The position numbers and the translations under genes were made by a program. DNA of 64,000 bases from Octopus vulgaris (Eukaryota): NCBI GenBank assembly GCA_951406725.2, contig OX597815.1:98084001-98148000 (forward strand), given 5' to 3'. How positions within the stretch are numbered: the stretch's first letter is position 1; every line of letters begins with the position of its first letter. Positions 41,030 through 56,352 of the stretch are shown in pieces. The notes under the pieces were generated by a model that had not been told where the DNA came from, searched no databases, and saw nothing but the letters and a program-made list of their open reading frames with translations.

Positions 41030-41400
41030 GGAATTTACAAAAGAAAAAAAACAAAGACAGGTGGGTAAACAACAAACAGATGTATGAGTTGAACGCTCAG
41101 GAAGGTGAGAAAGTCTTTTATGTTTCGACCCTACCCTCTTCAACAGAAAGGAACACGAGAAAATAAACATAGAAAGAATAGACAAAAACCTTTAGTAGCT
41201 AGCGGTCAATCATGGCGATGGCCGGTCAGATGTGGACAGACAGTAAAGCTAGGAAGAAGGGGAGATAATAAAGTAGTGGAGATCCCAAAATGAAGATGCG
41301 CGTGCGTGTGTATGTGAGAGCGTGTGTGTGCGTGTGGATAGAGGCTGGTGAACTTGACGTGTGGGTGTGTTCATGTGTGGGTGTAGGTTCAAACGTCGTT
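41025..41400 (-). mobile_element. Penelope-like terminal repeat fragment (copy 3, longest)
   Basis: Homologous to copies 1 and 2; motif at 41115-41150; extends upstream into a CA-rich tract; 3' end abuts (TA)n. Confidence 0.6.
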
Positions 41401-42117
41401 GTGTATCGGAGCGTTTTTTCATCAACGGAAGAGCCCAGTGTAATCCATGTGTATGTAGGAGATATACGTATGCATGTACACACATACACACACACACACA
41501 TATTCAGGCTTGTGAATATGATGGTGATGTCCGTGGCAGTGATTGTGCTGGTAGTGAAGATATGTAGCTGCTGCGGCTACATATCTTAGTTAGTGCATCT
41601 CTTACGAAAGCAGATCTATTTGCTTGCAACTGCCAGTTGTTAATTTTGGTGTATTCTTGCTTCCTCTTCTTTTATTACCGTTGTTTCCAGTTGATCTCGG
41701 TGTTGTTCTAGCTGTTGTTACCGAAGGTGTTGGTTCCAGTCTTGTAGTTTGATGTGCACTCATCTCTGTTGCGATTGTGTGCTGCTGTAGTTGATGGAAT
41801 AGTTTGAGGTTGATGTTCATGTTGGTGCTTAATATTGGAAATGCCTTCTTTCATCTCTCATATTCTGAGATATTCTTGTACTAAAAAAAAAACTGATAGT
41901 TGTAGCTTTGACGCTTTCTTACATTCCACTACAACATCCAAATGTTTCATTTCATCCTAGCCAAAATTTCCGGCTCCATTTCCAACCCAATTTTCGTTTC
42001 GGTATCTTTTTTATTTCTTCAAGCAGCTAAGTATTTTCCCGTCATCCAACGGTTCTGCCAGCTCGCCCCTTGATGATAATGATGATGATGATGATGACGA
42101 CGACGACGACGACGACG

Positions 42118-42248
42118 AGAAGAAGAAGAAGAAGAAGAAGAAGAAGAAGAAGAAGAAGAAGAAGAAGAAGAAGAAGAAGAAGAAGAAGAAGAAGAAGAAG
42201 AAGAAGAAGAAGAAGAAGAAGAAGAAGAAGAAGAAGAAGAAGAAGAAG
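42118..42248. repeat. (GAA)n microsatellite preceded by (GAT)n and (GAC)n
   Basis: Direct reading. Confidence 0.95.
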
Positions 42249-42902
42249 CTAAATGTATAGAAATAACTTATTGGTGTATATGTTTCTCAACGTGTTTCTG
42301 CGAAAGAATGTGAACTACAAATTTGAATTGTCAAGATAATCATATGCATAAACAAGAAAGCTATTTCTCTAATTTTAGCCATCGTCTTTTGAATCTTGGC
42401 GTAGTTGTCGTCCATATTGTCTTGTGACAAATTACGTGGACAACAAGCAATTGTTATTAACTTTGTGAGACTAAATTTTCATGCAGTCTATCGATCCTTT
42501 GACCTCAGACCAGCTTTAACCAGACAAACTGCACTCAGATAATGGCAATTTGAGCCGTATCTTTCTATGAATAGGAACAAGCTTTTATACGCTAACTAGA
42601 ATCGCGTGAAATACGATATAATACGAGATCCTCCTAGTTCAGACTGCTTTTGAAATTCATGAAAATGTGGAAGGGTTTAAGTAGATGTAAAGACAACTTT
42701 TTAAAAACACCAAATGCATTTTTACACTTTCTTTTCTCCATGCTTCTACACATATCTGTGGGCGTGCGTATGTGTCCCATTACACTTACGTAAATAAATA
42801 CATATATACATGTGTGAGTGTGTTTGTGTGTATTCGGAGGGAGGGAGAAAATGAGAAACGGAATCAATGAGAAGCAGAGAACAAAGAAAAAATACAGAAC
42901 GC

Positions 42903-42946
<44 letters not shown>

Positions 42947-43893
42947 GAGAGAGAGAGAGAGAGGGAGGTTGATGGTAACTTTTTTTTATCATCTCAACGA
43001 ACTTGAAAGAGATAAAAAGTCTGTAAAAACTATAATCATTCCATCCTGTAGGTGCGATTTGAACTCGTAACTTAACACGACAATGAAAAATTCCAAAAAG
43101 GAAGATGCCACGATATACTCCTTCTCTCTCTCTTTCTTCTCCTCCTCCTCCTCTTTAGCATTTCTTAAATGAAACCACACCCGTGACTACTTCCTCCATC
43201 ATCAGCGATGTTATCGATGGCGTTGTCATCGTTCCTCAAGAAATAATATATAGTTAGCTATATCATTTGCTTATATCTTATACATAATGATCATGACAGC
43301 GGAAATTGAAGTTTACATATACGATTTAATTTTCGAGTAATTCAGCTATTTATGATATTAGCATATTTTCTTTTATCATTAAAAATATTAGCTGTCAAAA
43401 TAGCTGACAGCTAACTTCTTCCCAGTCTTTAACCGACTCACCCTTTTCTTATTTTTTCACGTTTATTTCTCTCTCTCTCTCTTTCTCTTTCTCTCTCCCA
43501 CTATCTCTCTCTCAGTTTCTTTCTCTCACTCTCTTGGCTGTCTTTAAAACTCCCACTGCTTTCTTTATTCCGTACATCACTCTTCTTACATGGTTGCAGG
43601 CATGTATTTATGCACGTATTCATGTATGTATGCATGTATTGATTTATGGCTGAATGTACTTATATACATGTACACACACACACACACACACATATATATG
43701 TATGTGTATACATATATATATGTGTAAATATATATATATATACACACTTGCATGCATATACGCGTATACATATATACATATATATGTATGCATACGTATA
43801 TACATGTACATATATCAATCATTATCTGTGTATACATACATTCAAATATATCTATATATATAAATGTATATGTATATATATATATACATATAC

Positions 43894-43960
<67 letters not shown>

Positions 43961-44368
43961 TATAAATATATTGATATATATATATATGTGTGTGTGTGTG
44001 TGTATGTATGTATGTACGTATATACATACATAAACACATATATGTATATAATGTTTATGGATAATAGCTAATGGATGTTTCTTTATAAGCAACTGTTCAA
44101 CCGATTGGTGAGTTTCTAATTTGTTTTAGCAATGATGTTATCTTGAATCAATCATTGGACCAATTGTCGAAACGAATTCTAGCTGCTTGTCTAGTTCAAT
44201 CACAATTTCCACAATGCAAAACAAATTTCTGCATTACCTTAGATCGATATATCTGAGGCATTTAACAACATATTTTGTGTTTCACACATACATACACACG
44301 CACCACACAAACAGATAAACAGATGTCCACAATTACTCACACATCCATATGCATACTGACACAAACAC

Positions 44369-44429
<61 letters not shown>

Positions 44430-44875
44430 TGCAAGTGTGTATGCATGTGTGTGTATATATATATAAATATGTATATGTATGTATGAATGTATGTATGTAT
44501 GTATGTATGTATGTATGTATGTATGTATGTATGTATGTATGTATGTATGTATGTGTGCATAACCGTGTGGTGTATATGTGCGTGTGTGAGCATGTTTATG
44601 TTTGTATATGTACTTGTGTTCAGGTGAGCATTTATGTACTTTACATACATACATACATACATACATATGTGTGTGTGTATGCTTACATATATATATTCAT
44701 ATATATTATATGTGTATAAAATATATAAATCTGTGTATACATATATATATTTACAGATATTTGCAAATATACATTAGTATTTTTATATGTATAGAATATG
44801 TATAAATCTTTATATACATTTATATATATATATACATATATATATGCGAATACTCATGTATATAAAATATCCACT

Positions 44876-44932
<57 letters not shown>

Positions 44933-45776
44933 TGAGATAGATAGATAGATACATACATACATTCATACATACAGGCATACATGCATGAATACATGCATAC
45001 ATACATATATACATCCATCCATCCGTGTGTGTGTGTTTGTATAGATATATTTACACATAATACGCAATATCACGCAATATCACTATCATCACATAATCAC
45101 CATTTTCAACATCATCCTTATCATTGACTGAGATAGCTGTTCACGCTATTGTTATTGCTATTGTTGTTGTTGTTGTCGTCGTTGTCGTCGTCGTCGTCAT
45201 CATCATCACCACCATCATCATTATTATTTGCGCTACACGTCTTCAAAATGCCAAGAATATTTGAGTTGTTATTGTAGTTTGAAAATAATTTCTTTGATAA
45301 ATCATTTATCTATTAACACTTCCTTTATTTCGATTGTACGGATGTATCTCGACTTCGGGGTTGTTTTTGCGTGATTTTTAAAATTATTCTTTTAGTAATT
45401 TTTGCAGAGATAATTAATTGAACATTACTTTGAGTTACTTCTACATTACTGTGCACACAGGTTGGAACAAACTGCAAAAACGATAACAAAAGAAGTTACT
45501 TAAAACTATAACAAAATTAGAGAAAACATATTCATCATTTATATTAAATTATATGTATACATATACATTTATCCCTATCTGTATGTATGAATGCATGCAC
45601 GTACGTACGTATGTATGTATGCATTATGCATGTATGTATATACATCTATCAAAGACGCGAAAATTTTATGCATCACTTCTTACGTATAGCAGACGTGAAA
45701 TTTTCGACCATATATGAATTTGATTTTCCTGTAGATATATCTGGGAATATATGCAAGTATATGTGCATGTAGGTAG

Positions 45777-45818
<42 letters not shown>

Positions 45819-45820
45819 AC

Positions 45821-45862
<42 letters not shown>

Positions 45863-46033
45863 AGCTATATATATGCAAGTATCCACGAAAGCCATAAGAA
45901 TACATAGACATGAATGCTTTTACGTATACTTGAAATGAATATCTGCATATATTAACACACACATACATACATACACACATATACATATGTATAAATTTCT
46001 ATATACGTATATATATGTATATATATATATATA

Positions 46034-46087
<54 letters not shown>

Positions 46088-46329
46088 ATAATAATCACGT
46101 TTGATATATGTGTATGTGTTTGTGCGTGAGTGGTGTGCTCCAAATATTTGAGGAGATTTATTATGAGTATATTACGTCATTCAAATCATTTACAAGGTTC
46201 TCATTTCATTTCGACCCATCGAGCCATGATAGATAAAATGCTAACACAAAAAATGAAAATACAGGCAGTCATTGTTGCCATATATGTGAAACACAGCGAC
46301 TTAGACACTGATTAACTTGTAAATGCTTC

Positions 46330-47200
46330 AAATGTATTGCACGCGAAATTCTGATGAAATTGCACGCCCCTATGAAAAATGTCTCAGCTGCATAAAAGAA
46401 AATCTAAATGTTGGGAGACTACAATGACACTGCAATTCAAAATATCTATGATGATTACGGAAAGCCAATGAGGGCCATAACCAAATATATTCAGAATTTG
46501 AAGTGAACTATCAGAAGTGTGGTGCATGAGGACATTCGATATTAATCATATGAACTGAAGGGAGGCTAATTCATGCATGCAAAGATAAGGCTGCCACATA
46601 AGAATTTAAAAGCTTATGCTTTGGTTCTTCTCTGATGAGAAAAACTTCCACTAAAAGCTAACAGAAGAAATGACAGGTGATTATGTGCAAATCCATCTGA
46701 TGGCCCCAAAGTGATGCCCACTGAGTTTCAAGCAACTGTGAGGGTTTTGGAATCGGTATGTAACGAAGGTCGGTCATGCCACTCCATATCCTTCCACGGG
46801 GTCAAAGAAATAATGATAAGGTGAGTTTCTAGAGACAGTTGTTAATCCTGGATAGCTGGAGTGTTCAGTGGAAGGCCATAAATGTTTCAAAAAGGTTCAT
46901 CACGTTTTGACAAAGCCCTATCTCATCACAAAAGGGATGTCAGAATATCTTTACAATCATGTAGCACCAAATCTGAGGGCTTCAAACTCACAAGTGGTCC
47001 CACTGACTACTACATTTGAAGCGATGTTAAAAGGAGGGACTAATCGATATCCTCACAAGACCTTAGCTTCACTAAAGGCCGCCATAATCTAGCTGATGTT
47101 CGAAATGAATAAGGGTAATTTTGTACACGCATGTCATTGATTCCTTTCCCGCATTGAAGCAGACAACGAAGCTGAAGGTAGAGTCATAAAATGAACCTCT
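46330..47200 (+). mobile_element. Decayed Tc1/mariner transposase, DD37D (maT)-like
   Basis: WFFSDEKNF at ~46622-46648, LETVVNP near 46830, and a degenerate WPPNSPDLNPLDY region followed by TNRYPHKTLASLKAAI (46960-47090). TIRs not resolved. Confidence 0.75.
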
Positions 47201-48534
47201 CGAGAACAGGTACACAATTTTTTATTCAAACATATCTATTTTTACTAGGTTAGAGTTGCGAGCAGAATTCTTAAGTTGCAGCTCAATTTCTTGTCAGAGA
47301 AGAGGTCGCAGTTTCGAGCAACGGAAATGTTGACACCATATTGAAAATAAATGTTGTGAGCCTTTTTATGTTTTTGAATGACTAACTTATATTTCAATAT
47401 CTTTAGTTTCAGTACACAACTTCAGAGAAAAGTATTTGTGAGCAAGTACATCTCTGCAATAAATTAAAGTTGTTGTATTAATTATTTCCTCAAATACTTC
47501 ACGCACTCTTCAGTTTTGGTATCGCTCTAATTCACTTTAGATATAGGTAAGAAGCAGTGTGAGAAAATATGAGAAAATATTCGAAAAGCATAAAAAAATC
47601 ACGTGATTGCTTACGGAAAATAAAAACCGTTCAAAACTGTCATTCATTCAGTTTTTAACTTATTCCGAAATCACTTATTTTTCTATATTCCTGAAGAGAA
47701 ATATATAAAGTAACCATGTATTCTTTCTTATATGCAATTTTTATTAGCAATTTTTATTTTATTAACTTTTTCAAATATCTAATATACGACTATTTTTTAA
47801 GGTAAGGTTATTGGATTATGTAGAAAATAAAGTATTCTTGTTAGTATGTAGTTGAGAATTTTTCAACGAATAGTAACTGATGTTTTCTTCAATAATTAAT
47901 CAATTCTTATCATTGGAAAAAATACCAAAAGGCTGTAATAAAGTGTTTCACGAGAGACATATCTCACACTCACTGGAGAATGAATGTTTTTTGTGACTTT
48001 TAATAAAGCAGTAGGATTTATAATTGCTAATATTTCAAAATTCAAACTGTAGATATATTTGGATAGTGAACTGACAAGATAGCTTTATAGATATCTGGCA
48101 GTGTAAATAGGGCGCGATAATTTAAAGGGATTTTTATTAATCGGTAAGTAACTTTCTAATTCATTGCTGTTTGCAAGAGAAATTTTGCACGATAAACTAA
48201 CGCTTTAAAATATAGGCATAACATATACAGAGAAGATATTAGCGTGATTTCTAATTATAAAAGCAGTCTTGTTGTGTGGTCGGATTGGAAATTTCGCGTG
48301 TGTTTTTACTGTCTGCCGAAAGAGCAAAATTTTGAAATAAATGTAGATCGCTTGAACGACTTACTCATTACTGATCTTATGATATTTATGTTCTGCAGTG
48401 AAATGTTTGTCAATAATTTCGTAAAATCTCAGCAGTAACGGATGATCATTTACCATAGAGAAAGCTTATACCAAGCAAAACTGGTTCCCTATTTTATGTA
48501 TATTTGGTCTGCTCTGTATGTAATACTTCACCTT

Positions 48535-48720
48535 TTATTTGTTTCGGCTATTAGAATTTGGCCAGGCTTGAAGAACTTTTAGTCGAATGAATCGATCCCG
48601 GCACTTAATTTTTTTAAAGCTGAGTACTTATTCCTTCGGTCAACCACCACCTTACGGAGACGCAAACACACGGAGTTATCAACGGGTGGTGGGGGACAAA
48701 TACAGACACAAATACATACA
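48535..48720 (-). mobile_element. SINE family B tail fragment
   Basis: tttagtcgaatgaatcgatccc ... gtacttatt ... ggggacaaatacagacac. Confidence 0.65.
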
Positions 48721-48756
48721 CACATAGATATATGTACATGTATCGCCGTTAAAGCA

Positions 48757-48809
48757 GCAGAAGAGTTGTCAGCAAAAAGTCATGGCATTTTGTTGACAAC
48801 TTTTTCTGC
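48757..48809 (+). other. Isolated 21-bp hairpin
   Basis: gcagaagagttgtcagcaaaa / ttttgttgacaactttttctgc: one bulge, two G-U pairs, 10-nt loop. Confidence 0.75.
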
Positions 48810-49102
48810 CTTGTAAGTGTAATGTTGCCAAATTTTTCGGCTGTTTTAAGGGTGATACAGCGTTCAAAAGAATGTTACCTTCTTGTCTGTCTCACACAAT
48901 CAATTCAAGTCATGCATTCCCTAACTTACATGAAAAGTTGGCTGAAAAGTTTTATCATCTCAAATGATGGAAAGCTGCATATATTTTGTGTTGTACATAT
49001 TATAAAGTAATATTAATGTTTGAATCCGTAAATCTCTCTCTTCCTACACACACACAAACACACACACACACACACACACATGCATATATATATATATATA
49101 TC

Positions 49103-49192
<90 letters not shown>

Positions 49193-49753
49193 TACACTAT
49201 TTACGTAAGTATATATATGTATATACATACTATAAATTATAGAAACGGTTAAGAGATGTCACACGAGAATAATGATATTTAAAAAAACACAAAACGATTC
49301 TTTGAGAACTTCATCACGCCTGAAAGGAAGTATCTACATTCATATCAAAATATGCTACTAGTTTCAATCACTTTAAATGACAATTTACTGATACTGAATT
49401 AAAAGAGAAAATTAATTGAAATAAACGAACTCAGCTTTTCATGTTATCAGTTCCGAAATTTCACTTGCGTTTCATACAAAAGTCACATTGTGCTGGTAAA
49501 CTTTTACTTCTGATTGCTGTTTAATTCACAATACTCACAAATGAAACTGATGAAACACTGATAGTTGTTTCTTCTCTTTTTTTTTCTCATTAAGGATTGG
49601 CAAGTAAAAGTAGTAACCACAGAGGTGATAGTGGAAATATTCTAAACACGAAAGACAAGTCATAGCGATAAAAAAATACTAACAAAGGCCAAAATTCACA
49701 CAGTAACAATCGAACCAACTATTAAAATTGCAGAAACCCTAACTCTGATATTT

Positions 49754-49948
49754 GCTTGCGAGTGACACAGGATCGGAAATACGTTTTAAACAAGGTCAGC
49801 TCTTCATAGTAAAAGAATAACTTCACCTCTGCATTTGGAAGCCTAATGTATGCTTGAGAGTGACACAGGATCGGAGATACGTTTTAAACAAGGTCAACTC
49901 TTCATAGTAAAATAATTTCGCCTGTGCATTTGAAAACCTAATCTATGC
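49754..49948. repeat. Tandem duplication, ~98-bp unit x2
   Basis: gcttg.gagtgacacaggatcgga.atacgttttaaacaaggtca.ctcttcatagtaaaa at 49754 and 49852. Confidence 0.9.
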
Positions 49949-51106
49949 GATTAGATGCTTATGAAGTGGGAAGAACCACTTAAGACAAACCCCGAGTCCT
50001 TAAGATAAATCATGAATCTGAAAAGATATATATATAGGAATCCAAGCAATTAGGACTCAGTGAACATATCGAACATGTGTAGCTGAGAAATGACTAGATT
50101 TTATGATTATCCACCTCTATCAATTTAGCGATCACATAGTAATAATGCATCGACAAATAAAAAACAGCTTTCATTACAAAATACGCACCATTTCCAAATA
50201 AATTCGGAAGAGAAAGGGGGACAACTGTTGCAGCTACCAGATAAATTGGCACAACCAAATCCACGGCTACTGCAGCAATGCTACTAATATTAAACACATC
50301 TTAATGAGAAAGGACAGCTACATTTGCTTGAACTGCTGCTGCAATTGCTTGCACGACTAGACCGCATTTAGAAAGAAACGAAATACCTGTACCATGTAGT
50401 GTTTGTAAGAAGTGCATTTTAACTTCATGAAAGATTAATTTAGTTAATTTCAATTTATTTCGCTTTCATTTCAGCATGACTAAATCATCGTTTAAAGCGA
50501 CTGAAACCAGTAGCATATTCAGAAAAAAATGTAAACACTTTCTTTCATTTATCCCGATAAAATTGTTAAAATATTGTCAAAACATTTTATCGTTTTAATT
50601 TATTAATATTTTTACAAACGAGGGGAGAGAGGGAGAGAGAGAGGGGGGGAGAAATAGAGAGAAAGAGAGAGCGCTGGAGAGAGAGAGAGCAGGAGAGAGA
50701 TATTGGTAAAAGTCATCACTAGTCGTTGAGTAGCACTTTATTTACCGAGCAATAAGTAAATACATGATAAAAACGGACATTTTAAAAAGATTAATGGTAA
50801 TGCACGTGATGAGGGGCGCATGCAGCCATTCATAACCCCATTATTGTATAACCATCTCATCATATTCGTTCTATGTATTGTCCCCTCTGTGGTGTCCTGT
50901 CTGTCCTAGTTTGTTCCCCCTCTATATTTGGACCCTTGTGGCTAATAAAGAAACCGAACAATGAGGAGAGACTAAGATTTCAGCTGAATTCGTGCTTGTT
51001 GCGCAATAATCCGGAAAGATACATTCTATTCGACGCTGAAAAAACATTGACAATTTGCTACACACACGCACACACACACACACACACGCACACACACACA
51101 CACACA

Positions 51107-51182
<76 letters not shown>

Positions 51183-51384
51183 CACACACACACACACAAG
51201 CCTTTTTTTTCTGATTTTGTGACAGTGTATGTGTTTGTTTTGTCTAATAAGAACAGCAATATCTCGCTGAAATCTCACAGCGGTTAAAGCTCTTTTTATA
51301 ACTGAGGAATTCTCTCCTACTTTCAGTTCCAAGGACCTTTCAAGCAATATCACTATTTGTTATTGTTAATATTTAGTGTCAGGA

Positions 51385-51590
51385 AGGAGGCTAGCAGGCA
51401 GAATCGTTATCGTGCCGGAAAAAATATTTAGCAGCTTTTCTTCCGATTTTACATCCTGTGTTCAAATGCCGCTAGGGTCGACTCTATCTTTCATCTTTTC
51501 GGTGTTGATAAAATAAATACCAGTTGAACACTGCAGTCGATAAATCGACTCGTCTCTTCCCTCGAAATTGTTGGCCTTGTGCCAAAATAT
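51385..51590 (+). mobile_element. Diverged SINE family A (tail type 2)
   Basis: ggcagaatcgttatcgtgccgg ... gttcaaatgccgctagggtcgac ... ggccttgtgcc. Confidence 0.75.
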
Positions 51591-52032
51591 ATCAGCATTC
51601 AGTGTCAAGTAAAGTTTCCATTGAGCTAGGTTCCAGAACATTTCAGTCGCATTCATTCAGTTTATCTTATCAAGAGTACATAATCTTTATTATTTCAAAA
51701 TGATAAATTTGTGATTGTGGAATATTTCAGGTCATGCAGCTGTGTAAAGACTAACATTCTCGCTGGCTTGTATCTATAGTTAGAAAGATTATATAGAATC
51801 TGGTGATTAATCGGTGCAAATCGACCAAAATAAGGGAACTCATCACTTCATTTTGCTATTACAAAAGATTTATAAAAACTGTCACAAACTCGCTTGATAT
51901 ACTGTATCAGTGGTTATTGAGTCTAACCATTATATATGTAGGCGGTAGTTTATACGAAGAATGTTGAAGAATTATGAATCATATAAAAGTCTGGTTTTCA
52001 CTGAAGTATGTGTGTGTTTGTGTGTGTGTGTT

Positions 52033-52146
<114 letters not shown>

Positions 52147-53051
52147 TGTGTGTGTGTGTGTGTATCATAAATAAATAAGATTTATTTCTCTGAAGGGACA
52201 AATCACAATATCACAAATTCGATATGAAATCAGTTTTAAGCTGGAGCGAAAACTCATACATATAGATGCAAAAAAGAAAGTCAAACACACTGACGCACGT
52301 ACATAAGCATATCTAACACATATACATACATGCACGCACACACTTGCTCCCAGGAACAGAAATATTCAGTCTTTTTACACAGTCGATTTTACTCAAGCAA
52401 TTTTCTCACCTCGCCTACTAAATGCAACACTTTATTATCTTCCCAAGTGGGGAAACAATGTCCCCAATCTAAATCATATTCTTCGCTTACAATATTAAAA
52501 ATATTTTAATCTTGAATAGTTTCAATTTAGACTCAGGGGTATAAAATAATTATCTTCCTTTTTTGTTTCTTTAATTTCTTTTATTTTTCAAGTTTTAAAA
52601 AATAATATTCTTTCGTTGTCTGAATTCTATATTTATTTTTTATTGTTTCTTTATTAAATACAATAAAAACAAAATCGATAAATTATCTTTGTATTGGAAA
52701 TTGTTTCCGTCCTGATTTTAGTTTAGAGAGGGAATGTATAAAATATTTGAAGGTCGAAGTCTCCATAGAGTTACTTATTTTTACTATATACATCTATAGC
52801 TTTTTAGTTTTTGTCAATAATTTATATTCATATTATCTGCTACATTAACTCTCGTAACTGACACCTTACATTATCTCATGCAGAGTTAGTGATCAATAAT
52901 ACCATTCTTCGTATTCTCTTCTTAATATATAGATAGATACATACTTACACAATCACACACATAACACATACACAAACATATATGCATACATGCATACATA
53001 CATACACAAACATATATACATATATATATATAAATATATAAATATGATATA

Positions 53052-53103
<52 letters not shown>

Positions 53104-53759
53104 TATATATATATATCACAGTTTCCTATTTGTTGATGTCTTTTACTCTTCTGTATTAATATTATATAAACAGCTTTGAGCTTCGTGAACTGTGTGAATA
53201 AAGAAGAGAGGAAATAATAAAGCCAAGCTTCAGGAATGACTATATTTATTTTAGAACACCATGGTTCCGTGTTCAATTTATGTACAATCAAGCTCACTTA
53301 ACTTTTATATTTATTGTTAATATAACGTTCAATATAATTGATTATTGTTTTGATGACATGGGTTTGAGCAAAGAGACATAAACTATTCTGTTGCAAATTT
53401 GTATTTTGTCAAAATAATGTGATTTCGTGACATAAAACAAAAAATGTTGACAACACAGACCAATAACAGCTACCCTGCATTACGGAGTTTTACCTCAAAA
53501 TAATACTATTGATTTTGAGCATAGGATGAATGCTTCAAATATATTGGACAAATGTACTGTCAATGTTGTATCGACCTGAAATGTGAAATGTGCATAGCAT
53601 GTAAACCCTACCAAGAATAAAAACGAAGTCAACCAAGGTGATTTTGGAATTCAGAACTTTAAGGTATGTAACTATATGTAAGTCATTCTGTCTGACTACC
53701 TTCCCATTTATGTATCCACAACTACGCCAATAATAAAAAAAATTAAATCATAATAATAG

Positions 53760-54015
53760 AGAAATCGGAATTGACATTAGAGCAGAGCAAACCCCAAAAT
53801 CTGCTCTGCTGAGGACAGCTAGGATTTTAAGATTGGTACCTGGGTGCTGAATGTCTCCCACAATAATCAACAACCAAGTATCAAAGCTTAGAATATGCGG
53901 AAAAAGACCCTGTGAGACTTCTGACAGCAGGCTGTTGTCCGCTCTCACAGAATTTACCAAAGCAAACAAGACCAAGCGCTCTAAGAAGTAAAACAATAAT
54001 AACAACAACAACAAC
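53760..54015 (+). mobile_element. R4/Dong-like LINE 3' end
   Basis: IRAEQTPKSALLRTARILRLV resembles the clade's C-terminal LQK.ALLGTARILR.VL motif; followed by a 3' UTR and an (AAT/AAC)n tail. Confidence 0.7.
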
Positions 54016-54386
54016 TTTTAGTATTGGTATAGATTCACATAGTTGTATGGAAGGGCTACATAAGGTAGAATCGATTCAATTACTTGACTTCTGCTTACAT
54101 TCTTACATTCTTTGTGCAAACACAAACACAATGCATATTACTGCACTGTGCCAAACCACCAATATGCGCTAACCGAAAACTTTCAAAGCAAACATAAGCT
54201 ACTTCCATCACCACCACATGGAACCAAACATGGCAGTATTAAAACACATTTTTCAAATGAAAACTTGCTTGGATAAACAAAGAAATCACATAAACGATTG
54301 TATAGAGAGTATCTGAATAAATAAACCAATCAAGGTTTGCGAATTTTGCCTTATAGTAAAATTCCATATTCTCTTACAAACCGCCT

Positions 54387-54426
<40 letters not shown>

Positions 54427-55229
54427 TGCACACACACATGCGTTTATATGTATGTATATATTCTATCTATTTAAAATATTTTTATTAGTTTCAGTTGGAG
54501 AGCCACGGCCAAGCTGGGCACCACCGTTAGATTTACCACACTTTCACTAAGCCTCTTTTGATATGTGACATTTGGTGAATGAGAGAGTTTGATGCTGCTG
54601 CTTTCATCTGTGTTTCTTGCCGTGAGGTAGGTTCATCCGTAACTCTTGACAGGAGGAGATTTAATTTAGTTTTTTTTTAAGACGCCTACAACTCGCCGCC
54701 ATTTTTGTAAATGAAATGTATGAAGATACCCGTTGCCTGGAGAAAATGGTTGCCACCAACAACACTGCCATATTCTTATCAAATATTTGATCAACCGACA
54801 GCACTGTCATAAATTTATGAACCATTTGACCAACCAAATCAACAGTGTCAAAACAAACCACGGGTTTAAATCTATACAAAATCTACGCACCATAACCTGT
54901 GAAAAATAAATGAATAAAAATCATACCCTATCAAAACATTATAACCACGTTATCTATGATCTGACGAGCCAGGGCATGAAGCTCATGTTGAATGAAATGG
55001 TATGAAATACCTAGCAATTCCCGGACTCACATTTTATTTACACTATATCAAGATTCTCCGGCAAAATACGACTGCTTGCTGTCCACGGCACATAACAACT
55101 TGATTTATAGAAGTATTCCAGTTAAGATTAAAAGTATTATAACGAAGTCGATACAATTTTGACACACGTGCAGGTGTATGTGCGTGTGTAACACTTCGCG
55201 ATTTTGTACGGACATGTATGCATCCATAT

Positions 55230-55284
55230 ATATATGTCTGCATGCAAGTATACATGCATGAATGTATGCATATATATATATACA

Positions 55285-55339
<55 letters not shown>

Positions 55340-55398
55340 TACATATATATAAAATATGTATTTATGTATGTATATAAAATATATATGTATGTATGTAA

Positions 55399-55437
<39 letters not shown>

Positions 55438-55452
55438 CATACATACATATAT

Positions 55453-55508
<56 letters not shown>

Positions 55509-56305
55509 ATATATACATATATATATGTATATATATATATATGTATATATGCATGCCTACACATATATATATGCATGCAAGTATGCACGCTTGCATGTAT
55601 TACATTATGTATATATGTTTATATATATACTCACATATGTATATATACATATATATGTATGTCTGCATGTGTGTGTATTTATGTATGCATGTATGTATGT
55701 ATGTATGTATGTATGTATGTATGTATGTACGTATGTATGTACGTATGTATGTATGTCGTTTATAAACACGCGCTCACATATACGGAATGATGAACGCTTG
55801 TGTTTACAAACGGGGAAAACGTTATCAATACAACAAAGTCGTGTGTATATATTGAAATTTTTTTTTGTTTTTAAGTGTTTTAAAATTAAAAGTGAATACA
55901 TGTAAAGGTGTACATATGTGTACGTGCGCACGCACTCCGTGTGAATATTTTTACATGCATATATGCATGCTTAAATATATGTATTTAAGTATATGTACAC
56001 ACACAAATATATGTATGTATATATATATATATATATAAACAAAAGCACATAAAAGTATACGAGCTAACATAAAGATATACATATATATATACATATACAT
56101 ATGCATATATGTTATATGTATTCATACATATATTTGTGTTACATATACATACATATATAAATGTACGTGCATATATATGGGTGTGTATTCATATATGCTG
56201 GTGTATATATGTGTGCGTGTATATATATGTATATGCGAATATATATATGTATATATATATATATGTGTATATATATATATATATATACACTATATATACA
56301 CACAC

Positions 56306-56352
<47 letters not shown>

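Noticed and set aside
43388-43414. 10-bp perfect hairpin ttagctgtca/tgacagctaa
   Set aside because: Too short and isolated to assign any function.
50094-50380. Hydrophobic or Cys-rich reading frames
   Set aside because: Multiple stops in each frame and no recognisable motif or splice signals.
54955-55020. Hammerhead starting CTGACGAG
   Set aside because: A stem II-like pairing exists, but no stem I partner or valid stem III and cleavage triplet follows GAAA.
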